The position numbers and the translations under genes are program-made. Below the pieces are notes generated by a model, which was given only the letters and a program-made list of their open reading frames with translations, ran no database searches and was not told where the DNA came from. Below, piece by piece: positions 1 to 12,549 of a DNA stretch of 37,912 bases (the stretch's first letter is position 1; each line of letters opens with the position of its first letter). Source of the stretch: Piptocephalis cylindrospora (Eukaryota); assembly GCA_003614145.1 (NCBI GenBank), contig KZ987734.1, forward strand, positions 1 to 37,912, given 5' to 3'.

Positions 1-1398
1 CTATTCTTGGCGTGCTTTCCATTTGTATTCAAATAGTGCTAATGATCCTTGCCTTGCTCTGAATAAGGGCCCTCTTACTGAATCCATCTACACTGCTAAC
101 AGGTAGTTTGCACTCGGCCTTCCTCGCTTTCCACATCTGAATAGCTGCTGGATAGCATCCAGGACTCCGACGTTCATACCTGGTTGGTGGATAGGATATG
201 GTTACACATATTATCCACTTTCCCACCTAAGACACATAAAAAGATGGGTGTATAGGCTGATCATATGTTCATACTCTCTGATGATTAGCGCTCTTTTCCT
301 TTGAGGACCTGGTGAGCGCGGAGCCTGCTGAGGGGAGTTTGAGGAAGGGGCAAAGTAGGAGGAAATCCCCAGTCGGAGACAGCGTTTCAAAGGAGAGGAG
401 AGAAAAGGAGACCCGTGTCACCTCGAGCTCTTTCACTTGCTCCTCTGGTTGACTGTCCCTTGGAGAAACGGTTCACTTGGATCCTAATGCTTTTCAGTGT
501 ACTCTCGCCTATTTCTCAGTCTGTGTCAAATGCCTCCATTCGAGTGCTGACCCTTCTCATGATTCCTTGCCCGCCTATGTCACTTCTGCGTGGCCCTTTC
601 CGGGCCTTAGGGGAAATCAACCTCTCCTCATCCCCAGAGTCAAAGAGGGACTAAAGGAAGAAACGTAATTTCAAATAGATAGGAAAATACTGGAAGAAAT
701 GAATAAAACTCTCTCACATCAACAAATCCTAAAATCCTATAACTTTTCAATATCAATGTACACAGATCATGCTCTTACTCGCATGACATGAGCGAATGAC
801 TAGATGGAAAGTGTACATGCGTATGGATGAGAAGGACGGGGGAGGCCAAAAGGGGAGGCAGTGGGATCAAAGCGCGAGAGAGGGTAGAGTCAAGGCGATG
901 ATCAGCTGCTTAGTTAGCCCAGGCATTGTTGATGCGGCAGATCTACGGGAAATTCCAGATTTACCTCCCAGATGATTGTGGATAATCACCACTATGACAT
1001 GAGGCCCCCGTTCAGCGGATCATGGAAAAGGAAATAGGGCTTTGCAACACGAACCCCATTTAGCTGGGTGGCCGAATAAAGATGACACAGTGGGTCTTGT
1101 CTGTAAGGATATCTCATGATAGTAGTTTGCCTCTATTGCTACCATTAAGGTTGAAATTAGGATTATTATAACTAGGATGATTAAGAGTAGAATGGCTACC
1201 ATTCGACAAGCGTTAAGGCTCAAAATAGGTGGATATTCTATGAAATCTAGATTATCATTCCCATCATACTCTACACCATTAAAAGGGGTGGGACAACATA
1301 TGTGATCTATGAAACATCAAAATGGAAGGGGCCTATACCGCTTGATAGCTAAAGAAAAGCAACCCTTCCTCTCTTCCCCTTCTCATTCGTGCTAGACA

Positions 1399-3165
1399 TC
1401 AAGGTAAGAGCTTTTGAGGTAAAAGACAGAGTAGGAACCGCCACATGACCTGCGGGGGTACCCAGTCTAGGACCTGAGTTTTGATTCCATGATGAAGGGG
1501 ATGGGTTGAGTCAGTGAAAGAAGAGTAACTCGTTCAGCAGGGGAAAGAAAAGATGAACATGGCCCATTCCATCGTGGGCCAATCTGTCCCACCCTTGTAT
1601 AACACACCTTGAAGCGACCTTCTGAATTCACATGAAAACTAGTCGTATGGACTCGCTTCAGGTTAAACTGATCCACATGGATAGAGAGATGATGGAAAGC
1701 GTGTTGGCACACCGCTTGGAGGAAACCTGCATATGGGACGGTCGGAGGATAAGAAGGGAGCATCAGACGGAAAGGGGATAGGAAAGAGAGAGTTGCTCAT
1801 CCCTGGAACACTTACCATCCCTATCCTCTCTTTGTGGGCAGGCCCTAGGTATAGAGTGGAGAGACAAGTCAATGAGAGGGGAAAATAAGTTATGCATGTT
1901 CAATGTACTTACTCCCATAGCCGTAAAGCATCCAAAGAAGGAAAGGTGAGGCTGAGATCTGACAAGCCGGCGATGCTAGGGGGAGGTTGAAGGGTAACTT
2001 GGATAGGAATTTCGTCATCCAAAGCAATATCTATGGAGAATGCGTAAGTACTGAGGGATTAAGTACCCCCTGGTACACACTTCTCCGATCATTCACTTAC
2101 GGTGATGAAGAAAAGTTTCTCGAGACCAACGGTCTAGAAGGGCTTTTAGAGATAGGTGATTCCAGTGGCAGGGCCGGGCTTTAGCGTCAAAGCGTTGCTC
2201 AAAGTAAACTTGAAGAAAATGCCCAATCTTCCCCGCCCCAGAGAGGAGCATCAGAGGATAAGAGGAGAAATCTGGATATTCCACCGATAAGTTGGAGGAT
2301 GTGTAAGTTCTTCCAATTGCCTTTATCAATCCTTATCCCATGCGTATAGTCTCACCTGGTTTTGAAAACTTTTCCGAAGGAATGAGAAGGACATGGATAT
2401 GCTTTTGGCCATTGATCTCCCCCATGTCGTTGGCTGTCAATGTCCATCAGCCGATTGAGGGAGATCGTCATGAGGATAAAGAGAGGCGAGAAGAGGGTGT
2501 CAATTCATGGATGGATTAACATGGAAATAATTCACAGGGGGGATTCAATCTTCATTTTCAAACCCTCTCGCCACTCGTAACCACAAGAAGCCTTACCTCC
2601 AGTCTGCACGTAAGATAGATCCATGACAATGCATGAGCCGCCTGTCCAATGGACCAGAATGATGTCGTGGATGATGGGAGGATGGGGTGAGTGGTCGTTC
2701 TTTTTCAATTCTTTTAAAAGCTGCCTGAATCGTCCTCTAAAACATCAGCCTTACCTTGACGTCCGGGAGAAGGAACAGTAGAGATTTCCAGATCCAGTAA
2801 TCGCAGTCTGGATCGAGATACCCCTGTTCTACCTCGACCAAAGTTAATCTCTTCTCCCTCCTCCTCCTCTCCACTCTCCAGTCCTGTATCAAGGGTAAAT
2901 TCGGAGCATGTAACCTCAAAGCGCAATTTTCTTAGCATATCCTCGGCAAAGGAAGGAGAGTGCGGATTGAAACGGTAGAGGGGAGTGAGGTGATGACTCA
3001 TCCACGTTCGCTTCATCAGCACTTGGCCCACTATTCAAACAGGCGGAAGGATATTATTAGGGGTGGACACATCACTCTCGGTGATTCCCTTTTGACCGAA
3101 AAGCAGTGCATACCGTCCCGTTCGGGATCTTCCTGAGTGTCGAGGTCCTGCGTACCGCGAGTCAT
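1399..3165 (-). CDS. CENPL: Centromere/kinetochore protein CENP-L (Fta1)-like, 9 exons
   Basis: Spliced by hand through phase-consistent GT-AG introns from ATG 3165 (exon 1 3165-3114, exon 2 3030-2755) to TGA 1399-1401. Segments VLMKRTWMSHHLTPLYRF, YPLMLLSGAGKIGHFLQVYFEQRFD, LSLTFPSLDALRLW and FLQAVCQHAFHHLSIHVDQFNLKRVHTTSFHVNSEGRFKV match, in order, CENP-L family blocks as I recall them. Confidence 0.8.
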
Positions 3166-3590
3166 GGCAGGAATGCGGAATGGTCAGTCGAGGGACAGAG
3201 CACAGTGACTGGGGGGAGGCCTTTTCAGTGAATCAGTGTAAGGATAGGTCAATACGTTAGGTAGATAAAGCAGGCGCGTCGCAAAGGGACAGGGAGGAGG
3301 GAAAGAAAACAAGAGGGCTTGGACCAACAGTTGTTCAATTCACATTGCATCTAAATCCCCCTCAGTCTTTTCTTCCACAATACCGCTGCCGGAGATTGAA
3401 CCATTTTTCCAGAGCATGCATACACATGCAAGCAACGCTTCTGTGACGACTGTCCCCACGATCCACATGTCGTGTGCCTATATGCAGAGAAATTTTATTG
3501 CTCCTTGAGATCATCATCCATCCGATCAAAATAGACCATCCTGTATATGTACATTGATTCAAGCAAAGAAGATCGTTCTACCCTACGCCC

Positions 3591-5750
3591 TCAGAAGAGC
3601 GGGCGGCCAAGAAGTTTCCTGATCCATCCGGGGTTTCCTCCCAGACCAGGCACTGGCCCTTTTCGCATCTGGTTTCGGACCGACAAGATGCTCATTGTGG
3701 ACAGATGCCGTTTCAGGCGTCTCCCCCATTTCGATTTAACGATGGCGGCCGTGGAATTTAGGGTAGCAGAACGGTAGGATTGGTAACGGCCCATCAGTTG
3801 CATCATGGACCGTTCGTTTGGGTCCACCTGCCCCTCATCTATACTCTTCCTAGCTAATGTAATCACTACATCCCAGGCCCAGTCATCCATACTTTCCTCG
3901 TACTTCTTAGCCTCGACCAAACAGCGCGCCCACTGTCCTCCACATCTGGCCCAAGCTGCTACCCACACAGCAGACAATCGCTTCGTCATCTCTACCGTCT
4001 CGGTGCTCCGTAAGTGCCGCCAAAATTCATCTAGAAGCCCCGGGGCCTGAGCCCGTCCAAGGGCTGTGAGCATCGAGGAAGCCAGGGATTCAGTGTAGGG
4101 TACGCCTTGATCGGGAAGCTCTGCCCATACATCCAAGGCCCTATCGCCTCGCTTGACATATCCACACGCTCGAATGAGGGCCGATGCTGTCTCGGGATTG
4201 CCCTTTCCCCCGGAAATATGCATGTTCCTCCACAAACGGAATGCATCATCTAAGTACCCTCGCCGGGCAAATGAGGCAAGAAGTAGGGTCCAGGCCTGGG
4301 ACATGACCTGTTCATGGGCGGGGTCGATTTCATTGTTCCCTCTGCGCGTCTTGCCCACACCATTTGCCCCATAAGCATAAACCTTCATCAAAGAATCCGC
4401 CTTTCCCACTTGTTGTGTTTGAGTGTAATAACGGACGAGCTCTCGGAGGACCAATGGGGGGATAGTGTCACGCCGTCGTTCTAAGAGCCTCTCCAGCTCC
4501 TGATCTGCCTCCTCAAAAGCCGAGGCCTTGATAAAGGCCTCGGCCCAAAGGATGGACCAAGAATCCGTGGTCGAAATTTTTCGTCTTTGAAGATCCCAAC
4601 GGACCAGCAGGGCTTCCGAGTACATATCCGACTGTATAAGGTATTTGGCCAAGGCTAGGTAAGGAGCTTCTTGGCGGCCGCAGCGCCTTAGCCAGAAAAC
4701 CGCATCCTTGACATGATTTTGTATGCACGCAGCATTGAGCATGGCGAGGTGAGTCCGAGTATTACCACTGACTCCCTCAGATTGCATGAGGAAGAAGGTG
4801 CCGGCCGAAGAGGAGGGATCGACCCAGACGTACGCCTCTAATAGAGCAGTGTAGGTGTGCACAGTCCGATAAGCCCGATCCCCCGTGAGCCACATCCGAC
4901 GTAGCATCCCTAGCCACTTCTCATCCCGGGCCATTCCCGCCGCTTGAAAAAGGAGCACGTACGTGTACTCATTAAAAGGGACTTGATGAGTCCGGAAATC
5001 CATATGGGTACGCTTCAGCGTCTCCCACTCCTCTCGGCGATGGAAGAATTCGAGCAAGAGATTCATTGTAGTGGTATTTGGCGGAAATCCACCCAGAAGG
5101 ATTTGACCATAGACCTCCGAAACGAGAGATGGTGCCTCGGCCGAAGGGGCTCGGGAGGCCAAGGCGAGAAGAAGGTTGAAAGTACACAGATCCCGGGGAA
5201 TTTTGGGGTACTTCTTCATCAGATTGGACACATCAGTGCGTTTCTTATGTCCCACAAGGAAATGTAGACATGTGTTGAGGTCATCCGTATTGAGCAGGGG
5301 CTTTCGGTAGATGCAGCGGAGGCCCTTGAGATACCCACGACGTGAATTCCTACGTAAGCCCAAAAGACAAATGAGATGATCGGAAGGCATAATATCCAAG
5401 GGCAAGTGCGGAGGAAAGGTCTTTTTTGGATCACAGGATGGAGGAGGACGATGGTAAGACCAAGCCCAACCACCATACTGTTGCTTCCAAGTATGATTGT
5501 TCATAGTATTCTTCCTTGGGTCAGGGGAGATGGAATGAGGTTTAGGGATAGTACTGGGTAGGGCGACATCCCCGAGAGTCCTGTTTGTGCGGATAAGCTC
5601 ATTTTTCCAATTGAGAATACTGCCTTCCGTCTTGGGCCAGGTACCGCGATGGAAACCGCGTTGGATGAAAAAGAAGGCGGTGGGGAGCGGGCGGTAGAGG
5701 AGGCTTTGTCGAGTCGGCCGGCAGAGAGGGAAGATCCACCAGCCACGCAT
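3591..5750 (-). CDS. Pentatricopeptide-repeat (PPR) protein, probably mitochondrial, 719 aa, intronless
   Basis: Tandem ~35-aa helical repeats (RDLCTFNLLLAL, PNTTTMNLLLEFF, FNEYTYVLLFQAA, RTVHTYTALLEAY, AWTLLLASFARRGYLDDAFRLWRNM). The N-terminus is Arg-rich and lacks acidic residues, like a mitochondrial presequence. Confidence 0.88.
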   Translation of the reverse strand: MRGWWIFPLCRPTRQSLLYRPLPTAFFFIQRGFHRGTWPKTEGSILNWKNELIRTNRTLGDVALPSTIPKPHSISPDPRKNTMNNHTWKQQYGGWAWSYHRPPPSCDPKKTFPPHLPLDIMPSDHLICLLGLRRNSRRGYLKGLRCIYRKPLLNTDDLNTCLHFLVGHKKRTDVSNLMKKYPKIPRDLCTFNLLLALASRAPSAEAPSLVSEVYGQILLGGFPPNTTTMNLLLEFFHRREEWETLKRTHMDFRTHQVPFNEYTYVLLFQAAGMARDEKWLGMLRRMWLTGDRAYRTVHTYTALLEAYVWVDPSSSAGTFFLMQSEGVSGNTRTHLAMLNAACIQNHVKDAVFWLRRCGRQEAPYLALAKYLIQSDMYSEALLVRWDLQRRKISTTDSWSILWAEAFIKASAFEEADQELERLLERRRDTIPPLVLRELVRYYTQTQQVGKADSLMKVYAYGANGVGKTRRGNNEIDPAHEQVMSQAWTLLLASFARRGYLDDAFRLWRNMHISGGKGNPETASALIRACGYVKRGDRALDVWAELPDQGVPYTESLASSMLTALGRAQAPGLLDEFWRHLRSTETVEMTKRLSAVWVAAWARCGGQWARCLVEAKKYEESMDDWAWDVVITLARKSIDEGQVDPNERSMMQLMGRYQSYRSATLNSTAAIVKSKWGRRLKRHLSTMSILSVRNQMRKGPVPGLGGNPGWIRKLLGRPLF

Positions 5751-6276
5751 ACTCTTCTACTAGGGACGAAGCGTTGGAGGAAGGGTGAGGATCGATGGGA
5801 CGGAGCGTGTCGGGACAGCAAAGAGATGAGGATACAGTGAACCCCTGCTTCGCTCCGAGATTCTGTCGGTCTTGTAGAGATAGTGTGAGTGAAAGAGTGA
5901 GTTTTAAGAAAGTGCATCTGTGCATAGGACTACATAGTACGGCTCGATATTTCCCGTCGCTGGAATCTAGCGGTGCAGGGCTCGATGTGACCGGAATATA
6001 TCAAGGCCTTTGTAGACAAATCATGAGGATGATGAGGGTAAACATGTATTTCCAATCTATTCGTAATGATACGAGCTTTTAAAAGGAATTGGATGTACGA
6101 ATAAGGGTGAGCCGATGAAGAACGGGCCCTATCAAGCACGAAGAACAAAGGAGAATTGGGGCAGTGGTGAGGCCGGGGGGACCAATGGTTAGCAAAGATA
6201 TCCTAATGGCGTCCCCGTCCAAGGTCGATGCAAGTAAAAATGATGGCCATAGGGAGATTAGCCACCAATCGTATCC

Positions 6277-9200
6277 TTAAGAAAAATGAAAGCCTGATTC
6301 TGACCGAATGGCAAAAAGAAGCTTGCTCTTCATCACCTCGTCTGTAGAGTAGGAGGGAAGCTTGAGCATATTAACACAGGTGGAGGCTGTGGGAAGACGG
6401 TCCTGGGAGGAAGAGGATGGATGGATGCAAAAGCGAGGCTCTAGTTCAGAGAATCCAAGAAGTGGGGCCCTTTCACAGCTTGTGACAAAGCGCAAAAGAA
6501 GTCGAAGGTCCTCCTCAGGGAAGGTGGAGATGACGCGCCAAAACCGAGCAATGACCGGATGATTGGTCTGCGTGTATTCCCGACTATACACAGTGTTGGT
6601 CCTCAAATCATCCAAGTCGATGTAGCGAGAGGTTCCTGAGACCAGATGCTGTAGTTCTTGCTATTAACATAACATACCCATTTCCAGGATAGCGTAATGC
6701 TGTGAGTGCTTGAAAAAGATACAAAACTCATCCTTGGCCTTAACATCCTGAGACAAGGATCTTACCGTACTGAATATCCCTAGCCATCGTCGGGGGATCT
6801 GCTGATTAAGGCCTTCGGAAAAGGCCCGAGACTGTGCATCAATTTGCCGATTGAGCCGGTAATTCGCCATCAAATACACGTATTGCAGCCGATTAGCCCG
6901 GGTTACGGGGATGGAGGCGCCCCCGGGGGATAGCTCCACCATCCTTGTCTCCCCACTTCCCTCTTCCCCTCCTTCACCCTCAGTCAGGGTAAAATTCAAG
7001 CCTAGGTCTTCCTCAGTGTCCCCCTCATAGTTCTTCACGTAAAGCAATCCCTGATAAACGGATGGATCCAGGGAGGGAAGATCATCAAAGTAGTTGCTCC
7101 TCCCAATCCACTTGTTCAGGAAAAACCCGGCAAAGTCAGCATCCAGGAGGATCCCATACCAAATGGCCCGCCCCACCATCTGCCCAATGAACCGATAATG
7201 ATCCAACCCATAGCCTAAAGAAGGAGAGTTAATAAGTGGGGCGGGAAAGACAGATAGATACAAAGAGGTTCATTCTACCTTCAGCAAGGATCCGGGGAAG
7301 ACGGGAGGGGTATAGGAGATGTTGCTCCGTGGCGGAAAAAAGTCCAGGAACCTGAGCATGAAAAATCTCCTCCACCAATCTATCCATATATTTGGAGTAG
7401 ATGGAATTAGAGACAGCACGGGAGCAAATAGATAGGCAGTGGGATGCTCCGATAGTTCTATCCTCACTCCCAAAACTCACTGCGTCATGAATTCCTTGAA
7501 TAGTCCCCCTCCATCAATTCCCTCTTCTGGACGGCCCCACTGATCGATAAATTCAATCTTGGCCTTCTTTGATAACGCTATTAATGGTAGGAGGAGGGTG
7601 GAGACAATTAGATTACAGGGACATACATGTAAATAGATGAGGAAAAATACCACCAGTAAGAAATAAACAACTTACCCTGTCGAAAGGTGAAGCCATCCTC
7701 AAAAGCATGACCACGACGAATGGTGACGGGGGCAAGGGTATGTAGGTAGACGCCTTCCTCCTCCCGGGAAGCATGGGTGCCTGAGCGAAGAAGATTGGCC
7801 CGAAGGGTGAAGGGAAGGATAAAGGGGATATGACGAAGGATTCCGCGACGAAGCATGACTTCAGAGCCAAGGCGACTAGAGGTGCCGCCGATGGGTCGAT
7901 GAGGACGTCGATAGGTGGTACCAGCCGTCCTTCTCCTACCCTGGCCGGAGGCATAAAACGAGTCATCCGTCTCCTCAGACACGCTTCCTTGAAAGGAAAT
8001 GGGTAGAAGATCTTCAGGGGAAAAAGCTGAAATCAAGCCCATACCAGAAAGGTCCAAGATCCAAAAATCGGGAGATGGTGTGTACTGTCGTCTTGTACTA
8101 AAATTGAAAAGAAAAAAAGAGAGAGATTGAGCACGCAATCAGGCAGGATCATAAGGAAAAATACCTACTCTCGGACATGCAAAGCTTGAAGTAGCCGGAC
8201 GGAACTTTCTCTAGCCTGAAGGATCTTGTCTATCTCCTGCTGGTCCTCGCCCAAGTCCCCGTCACCCCTGGAGCCAATAAAAGACCTTTCTTTTGCAGAG
8301 CGCACTGCCCCGGACTCCCCAATTCCTCCACGGTAAGTAGCGACGATAACACAACACAAGAAGGGGATGAGGAGATGGAGCTCGGAAATGGTCAAGGGAT
8401 TCCGAGGGCCAGAGAATTCATCGTCTCCCAGAGTAGTGAGACCACCAATGAGATAAAGATCGGTAAAGAGGCCCAGGAGAGTCCAGTCTACTGGGGAAAT
8501 AGCATTCAAACAGTCCTTTTCCATGACCCAGGTTGTGGAATGCGCAGTAATAGAGGATGGGGAAAAGGAAGTCCATAAGCTAGAATCCTTTAGGATAGCC
8601 AAGGACCTCTGAATGATGGCTATTCTCAATGGGGCCGGGAGGGAAAGGAGAAGTATGGCCTTGTCCTTGGGCCAAAGAACCAGGATAGCACTGAGGAGCT
8701 CTAAACTCTGAAGGAAGAGAGAGCGGTCTTGAAGGGACCAATTCTTCGTCTTAGCTTCTTGATCTTCCAAGTGCCCACCTGGACGATCAAGGTTTTCGAA
8801 GGAGGGCTGAGAGAGGAAGAGAGATTTGATAAAGGCTGTAGAGTGGAGATGCGGCATGATATGGGCCTCCAGTCCACCTTTCCTGGAAATGGGAGGGCTC
8901 CGACAAACAGTGCCATTTTCTCTAGGAAATTGAGATGGGCTGGGGCCAGATGGGATAAGAGAGGATGAGTCCTCTTCTTGCATGGCTTCATCCGCATCCG
9001 CACCTCCTTCCTCTTCATCCTCATCCTCATCACCCAGACTATCCGAGTCCAGATCCGAATAGACATCCAGATCCGGATAATCCATTAGAGAGTTCGAACG
9101 AGAATGCGTAAGCCTAGACTTGACTTGATGATCCAAGGAAAGGGCATAGCCCTTGAGTTGATGCAATAGCTTCGCCTGAAGTCGAAAATAATGGATGACT

Positions 9201-10630
9201 AGGTCAAGGTGATGGGAGGAATGAATCTGGGATTGGAAGAGCGAATCCACATTACCAATAATGGCGGCAACCCGATGAAAGGAATGGGTGGGATCCTCAG
9301 CGGAGGAGGCGGGAAGAGGAAGGAGATCGGGGGAGGAGTACAAAAGATGGAGGTATTTTTGAAGCGGAAATTCACGCATCAACTCGTCCATCCCTTCACC
9401 GACAAGCCTGGGAAGGGCATCGGTGTGAACGAGGACAGATTGATGCAGGGCACGTAAAACTCCTTTTTCTCCCTCTTCCTCTGCAGAGTCTGATGCGCAT
9501 TGAAGGAGGAGATTCACGAGGGTAAATCCCATTCGTTGCCTCCACCGGAGAATGGTAGCATCAACGGATGATGAAGTGTTCTGCTCCATGAGAACGGAGG
9601 AGGCCACTTGGCCCAAAAAGTTAGTGACTTGAGGAAGGTATCTTTGGGAGAGAGCCGATTGGATTATGCTGTTATGGGAATGAAAGAAGTAAGTCATAAT
9701 GAGTGTGTATGTGAAGAACAAGTGGGAATTCTCTTTGAACCTTAACACCATCTATGGTATCATCTTACCTTTTCATGTGTTGATCCGTGTTTGGAGGATG
9801 GGATAGAAGGGTCCATAAGGTAATGATATTTTCCCTTAGCCTCGCTTCCCAGGCAGGAAACCTAGTTTACGTAAGCAATGGAATAATAAGCGAAGGGAAG
9901 GTATGGAAAATATGAACCTAGAGGTATATAGTAAGATACAGGTACCATAACGACTTACTCTTGTACGGAAAATGAATGAGACCATGCTTTATCAGAGGCC
10001 AAGTAAGCATACTGGCTCAAACGGATGAGATGAAGGACCCATCGACATCTATGTAGCAATGCCATCTTTGGATCATGAAGAGGAATCCATACCCTAGATG
10101 CATCATTGGGGACTTTAAAGAGAAGATATTTAGCTTGGTCTTTATGATTCAGAGCTTCTCGTTGGCCTTACTTTCTGGGGAAATCAAGTACCCAAGGGCT
10201 TTTTCAAGTCTTGGGCCATCCACGGATGGATCGCAAAAGAGAAGAAGATGGATAAGGAGAGTCTGGGGATTGGACCTGAAGTGATCCCTTTCATACTGCT
10301 CATCCCATTCCCTTCTCCATTGCTCCCTTTGTCTCTTGAGTACGCGATGACCTCTCCAGCCGTTCTATGAATAATAAAAAGGCAATGATGAGAACGGGTG
10401 GATACAGATTGAGGGCCCCTGATCATCGGGCTCGCGCCCCAGATCAATCAGACCAGACTCACCTGGATGATCTTGGCAGCAGAAGCCTGCTTCCGAGCTT
10501 CCTCCCGACCTTTCCGTCTCTCCTGAGCCTCACGAAGTAGCTTTTCCCGGTCGGTCTCCCGAGAGGTACGGGAAGCGCCGGACATGGAAACCACAGGTTT
10601 CTTTCGGTGGGTTCCGTCAAAGAGAAACAT
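6277..10630 (-). CDS. HUL5: HECT-type E3 ubiquitin ligase, Hul5/UBE3B/UBE3C family, 10 exons
   Basis: N-terminus MFLFDG...EKLLREAQERRKGREEARKQASAAKIIQ/NGWRG (IQ-like). HECT motifs EEGIDGGGLFKEF, YRFIGQMVGRAI and catalytic RLPTASTCVNMLKLP. All nine introns joined in phase by hand with GT-AG ends. Confidence 0.9.
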
Positions 10631-10791
10631 GCCAGACGAGGAGGGTGATGGAATGGGAAGATAGCAAAGTCAATGTGTACAGATCAAGGAGAGAGTGAGA
10701 AGGAAGAAAGGTGTGTCTGGAGGATAGATGGCCATCTGACTGAGAACACACGTACTGATGAATGTAGGGGACGTGCATGAGAGGAATACGC

Positions 10792-10818
10792 GTGTGTGTG
10801 TGTGTTGTGTGTGTGTGT
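10792..10818. repeat. (GT)n microsatellite, interrupted
   Basis: gtgtgtgtgtgtgttgtgtgtgtgtgt upstream of the HECT ligase start. Confidence 0.85.
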
Positions 10819-11204
10819 TGGGTATGAGTGATGATGGGATGATGATGCTGCGGTCTGGATCCTCTCTCCTTGCGAAGGAATGGCATTATCTTTACTAGCG
10901 CAACAGGGATACATATCGCGTCCTGACCGCAAATACAGTACTTGGAAAAGGATTCAGAGAGCCTGTGACTTGTACAGATAGGACCTTCTGTTACTAGAAT
11001 AAAAGGGGGAAGAAGGACACAGATTATTCGAGATAAGAAGCCCTATCTCTCTTGGTTCGTTGGGCAACGATATCCCCATTATGGCTTCTGCATGTGAGAT
11101 GACTGCTGACTTGGTCTGTATTTAAAAAGGCCTAGCAATAAAGACGGACCGCCACATTCTTCCTTGTGGTATCTCACTCGACTTTAGCTACTCACTTTAC
11201 CTTT

Positions 11205-12549
11205 ATGGACGACAACCCTTTAAGGCAGCAAGAAGAAGCGGCCGACCCAGATACCCGGTCCACGGTGAGAGAAACTCAAGCCCAAAGGAAACTAAAAGAG
11301 CTCGATGCCCAAATCCATGCCCAGTTATCGGCACCGCATAAGCCAATCTCCAAGTAGGATGCTCTTTCTTGGAAACACCTTTTTTTTGGTCACTCTCCTC
11401 TAAAACTCCTCTTCCGTGCACGTAGGAAGCAGCAGAGTACTGGGGAATGGGTAGAGGACCGGGGAATGGTTAGGGTGTGTAGCACCAAGGGAAGTTATCT
11501 CCAGACAATGGGCGTCACGGAGAAGGGTCAAGTGTACCTGCAGCCCGAGGAGGTTATGGTCCTCCAGGAGCGTGGTCTGCTCCAGTTATCTGGGATGAAA
11601 GGGGGGTCGCATCGAGGGGAATCCACCTCGGGCCCCTCCTATCACCTGTTGCTTTCCTCTGGACTTTCCTTAGCCTACTTTCAGGTATGTGATATTCAGC
11701 GTGATGATGGGAGAGCACAGGAGCATCCGCTTGGTATCGAGTCATTACTCATGATTAGGGACGTTTCAATCCTCTAGGTGTATGGGTTGCTACGTCGTCT
11801 TGGGTTTGTCGTCTATCGACAGAGCCAACTGCTCTCGGGGAGAAGGGCGTCCAAAAAGAAGGACCAAAGCGATCAGATGGCATCATTTCGTGTCAAAGAG
11901 ACCGCTGGGCTCTTCGGATATCTAGGAAAGATGACACGAAGGGGCATCTGGCTACTCTCCCGACCGCTTTGTATCTTGTTTACCTGGATGGTCCCTGCCA
12001 CCTTGGGTACGTCTCTAAGGCCTTGATGGGCAATGAGAATGCTCTATACCTCTTTACTCATCCTAACTGTTCTTTCCTTTGGCATTACTTTTCGATCGCT
12101 CCCAGAGGAAAGGATGAATCGATTGCGGATGGTCCATCACACATCACTGCACCCATCTACTCGGATATCCTTTCCCTCTCTAGGTCCGAGTTTACACGTA
12201 TGGAAGCCCAAGGGAACATTTAGTAAGCGTGATCCCGGTCCGCCATCATTTTCCCTTTCCATCCATTCGTACGTTTCTGTCTTTATTTGCGTAGGGATTC
12301 ATACTACCCTAGCCTCACTCATCCAACTTTCTCCTGGGATGCCTTGGTAGTGCGGACTCGGCAGTGTGCGATGTGCTCCGTCCTCAGGTCTCGATAGACC
12401 AGATGGCATCCTCGTCCCACTCACCCACCCCTTCATTGCTGGCCATGACCGATGCAGATGGAGAGATGACATTTCTCCACTCCTCTCCAGTACCATTTCC
12501 TACGTCACAGGAGTGTCGTAGAGTGGCTAAACGTGGGGTGGTATCCTAA
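11205..12549 (+). CDS. SEN54: tRNA-splicing endonuclease subunit Sen54, 5 exons
   Basis: Contains KGSYLQTMG...VYLQPEEVMVLQERGLL (Sen54 N-terminal domain), YFQVYGLLRRLGFVV and LHVWKPKGTFSKRDPGPP. Four GT-AG introns join in phase from ATG 11205 to TAA 12549. Confidence 0.87.

Noticed and set aside
1..700. Short ORFs on both strands at the window start
   Set aside because: All frames carry stops and no family was recognisable. It may be a gene end or relic, but I cannot support a call.
10012..10112. Apparent in-frame TGA (possible selenocysteine or readthrough) in HECT ligase exon 3
   Set aside because: It vanishes when the upstream AAG acceptor after the GCTAAAT branch-like site is used, which gives an open, in-phase exon.
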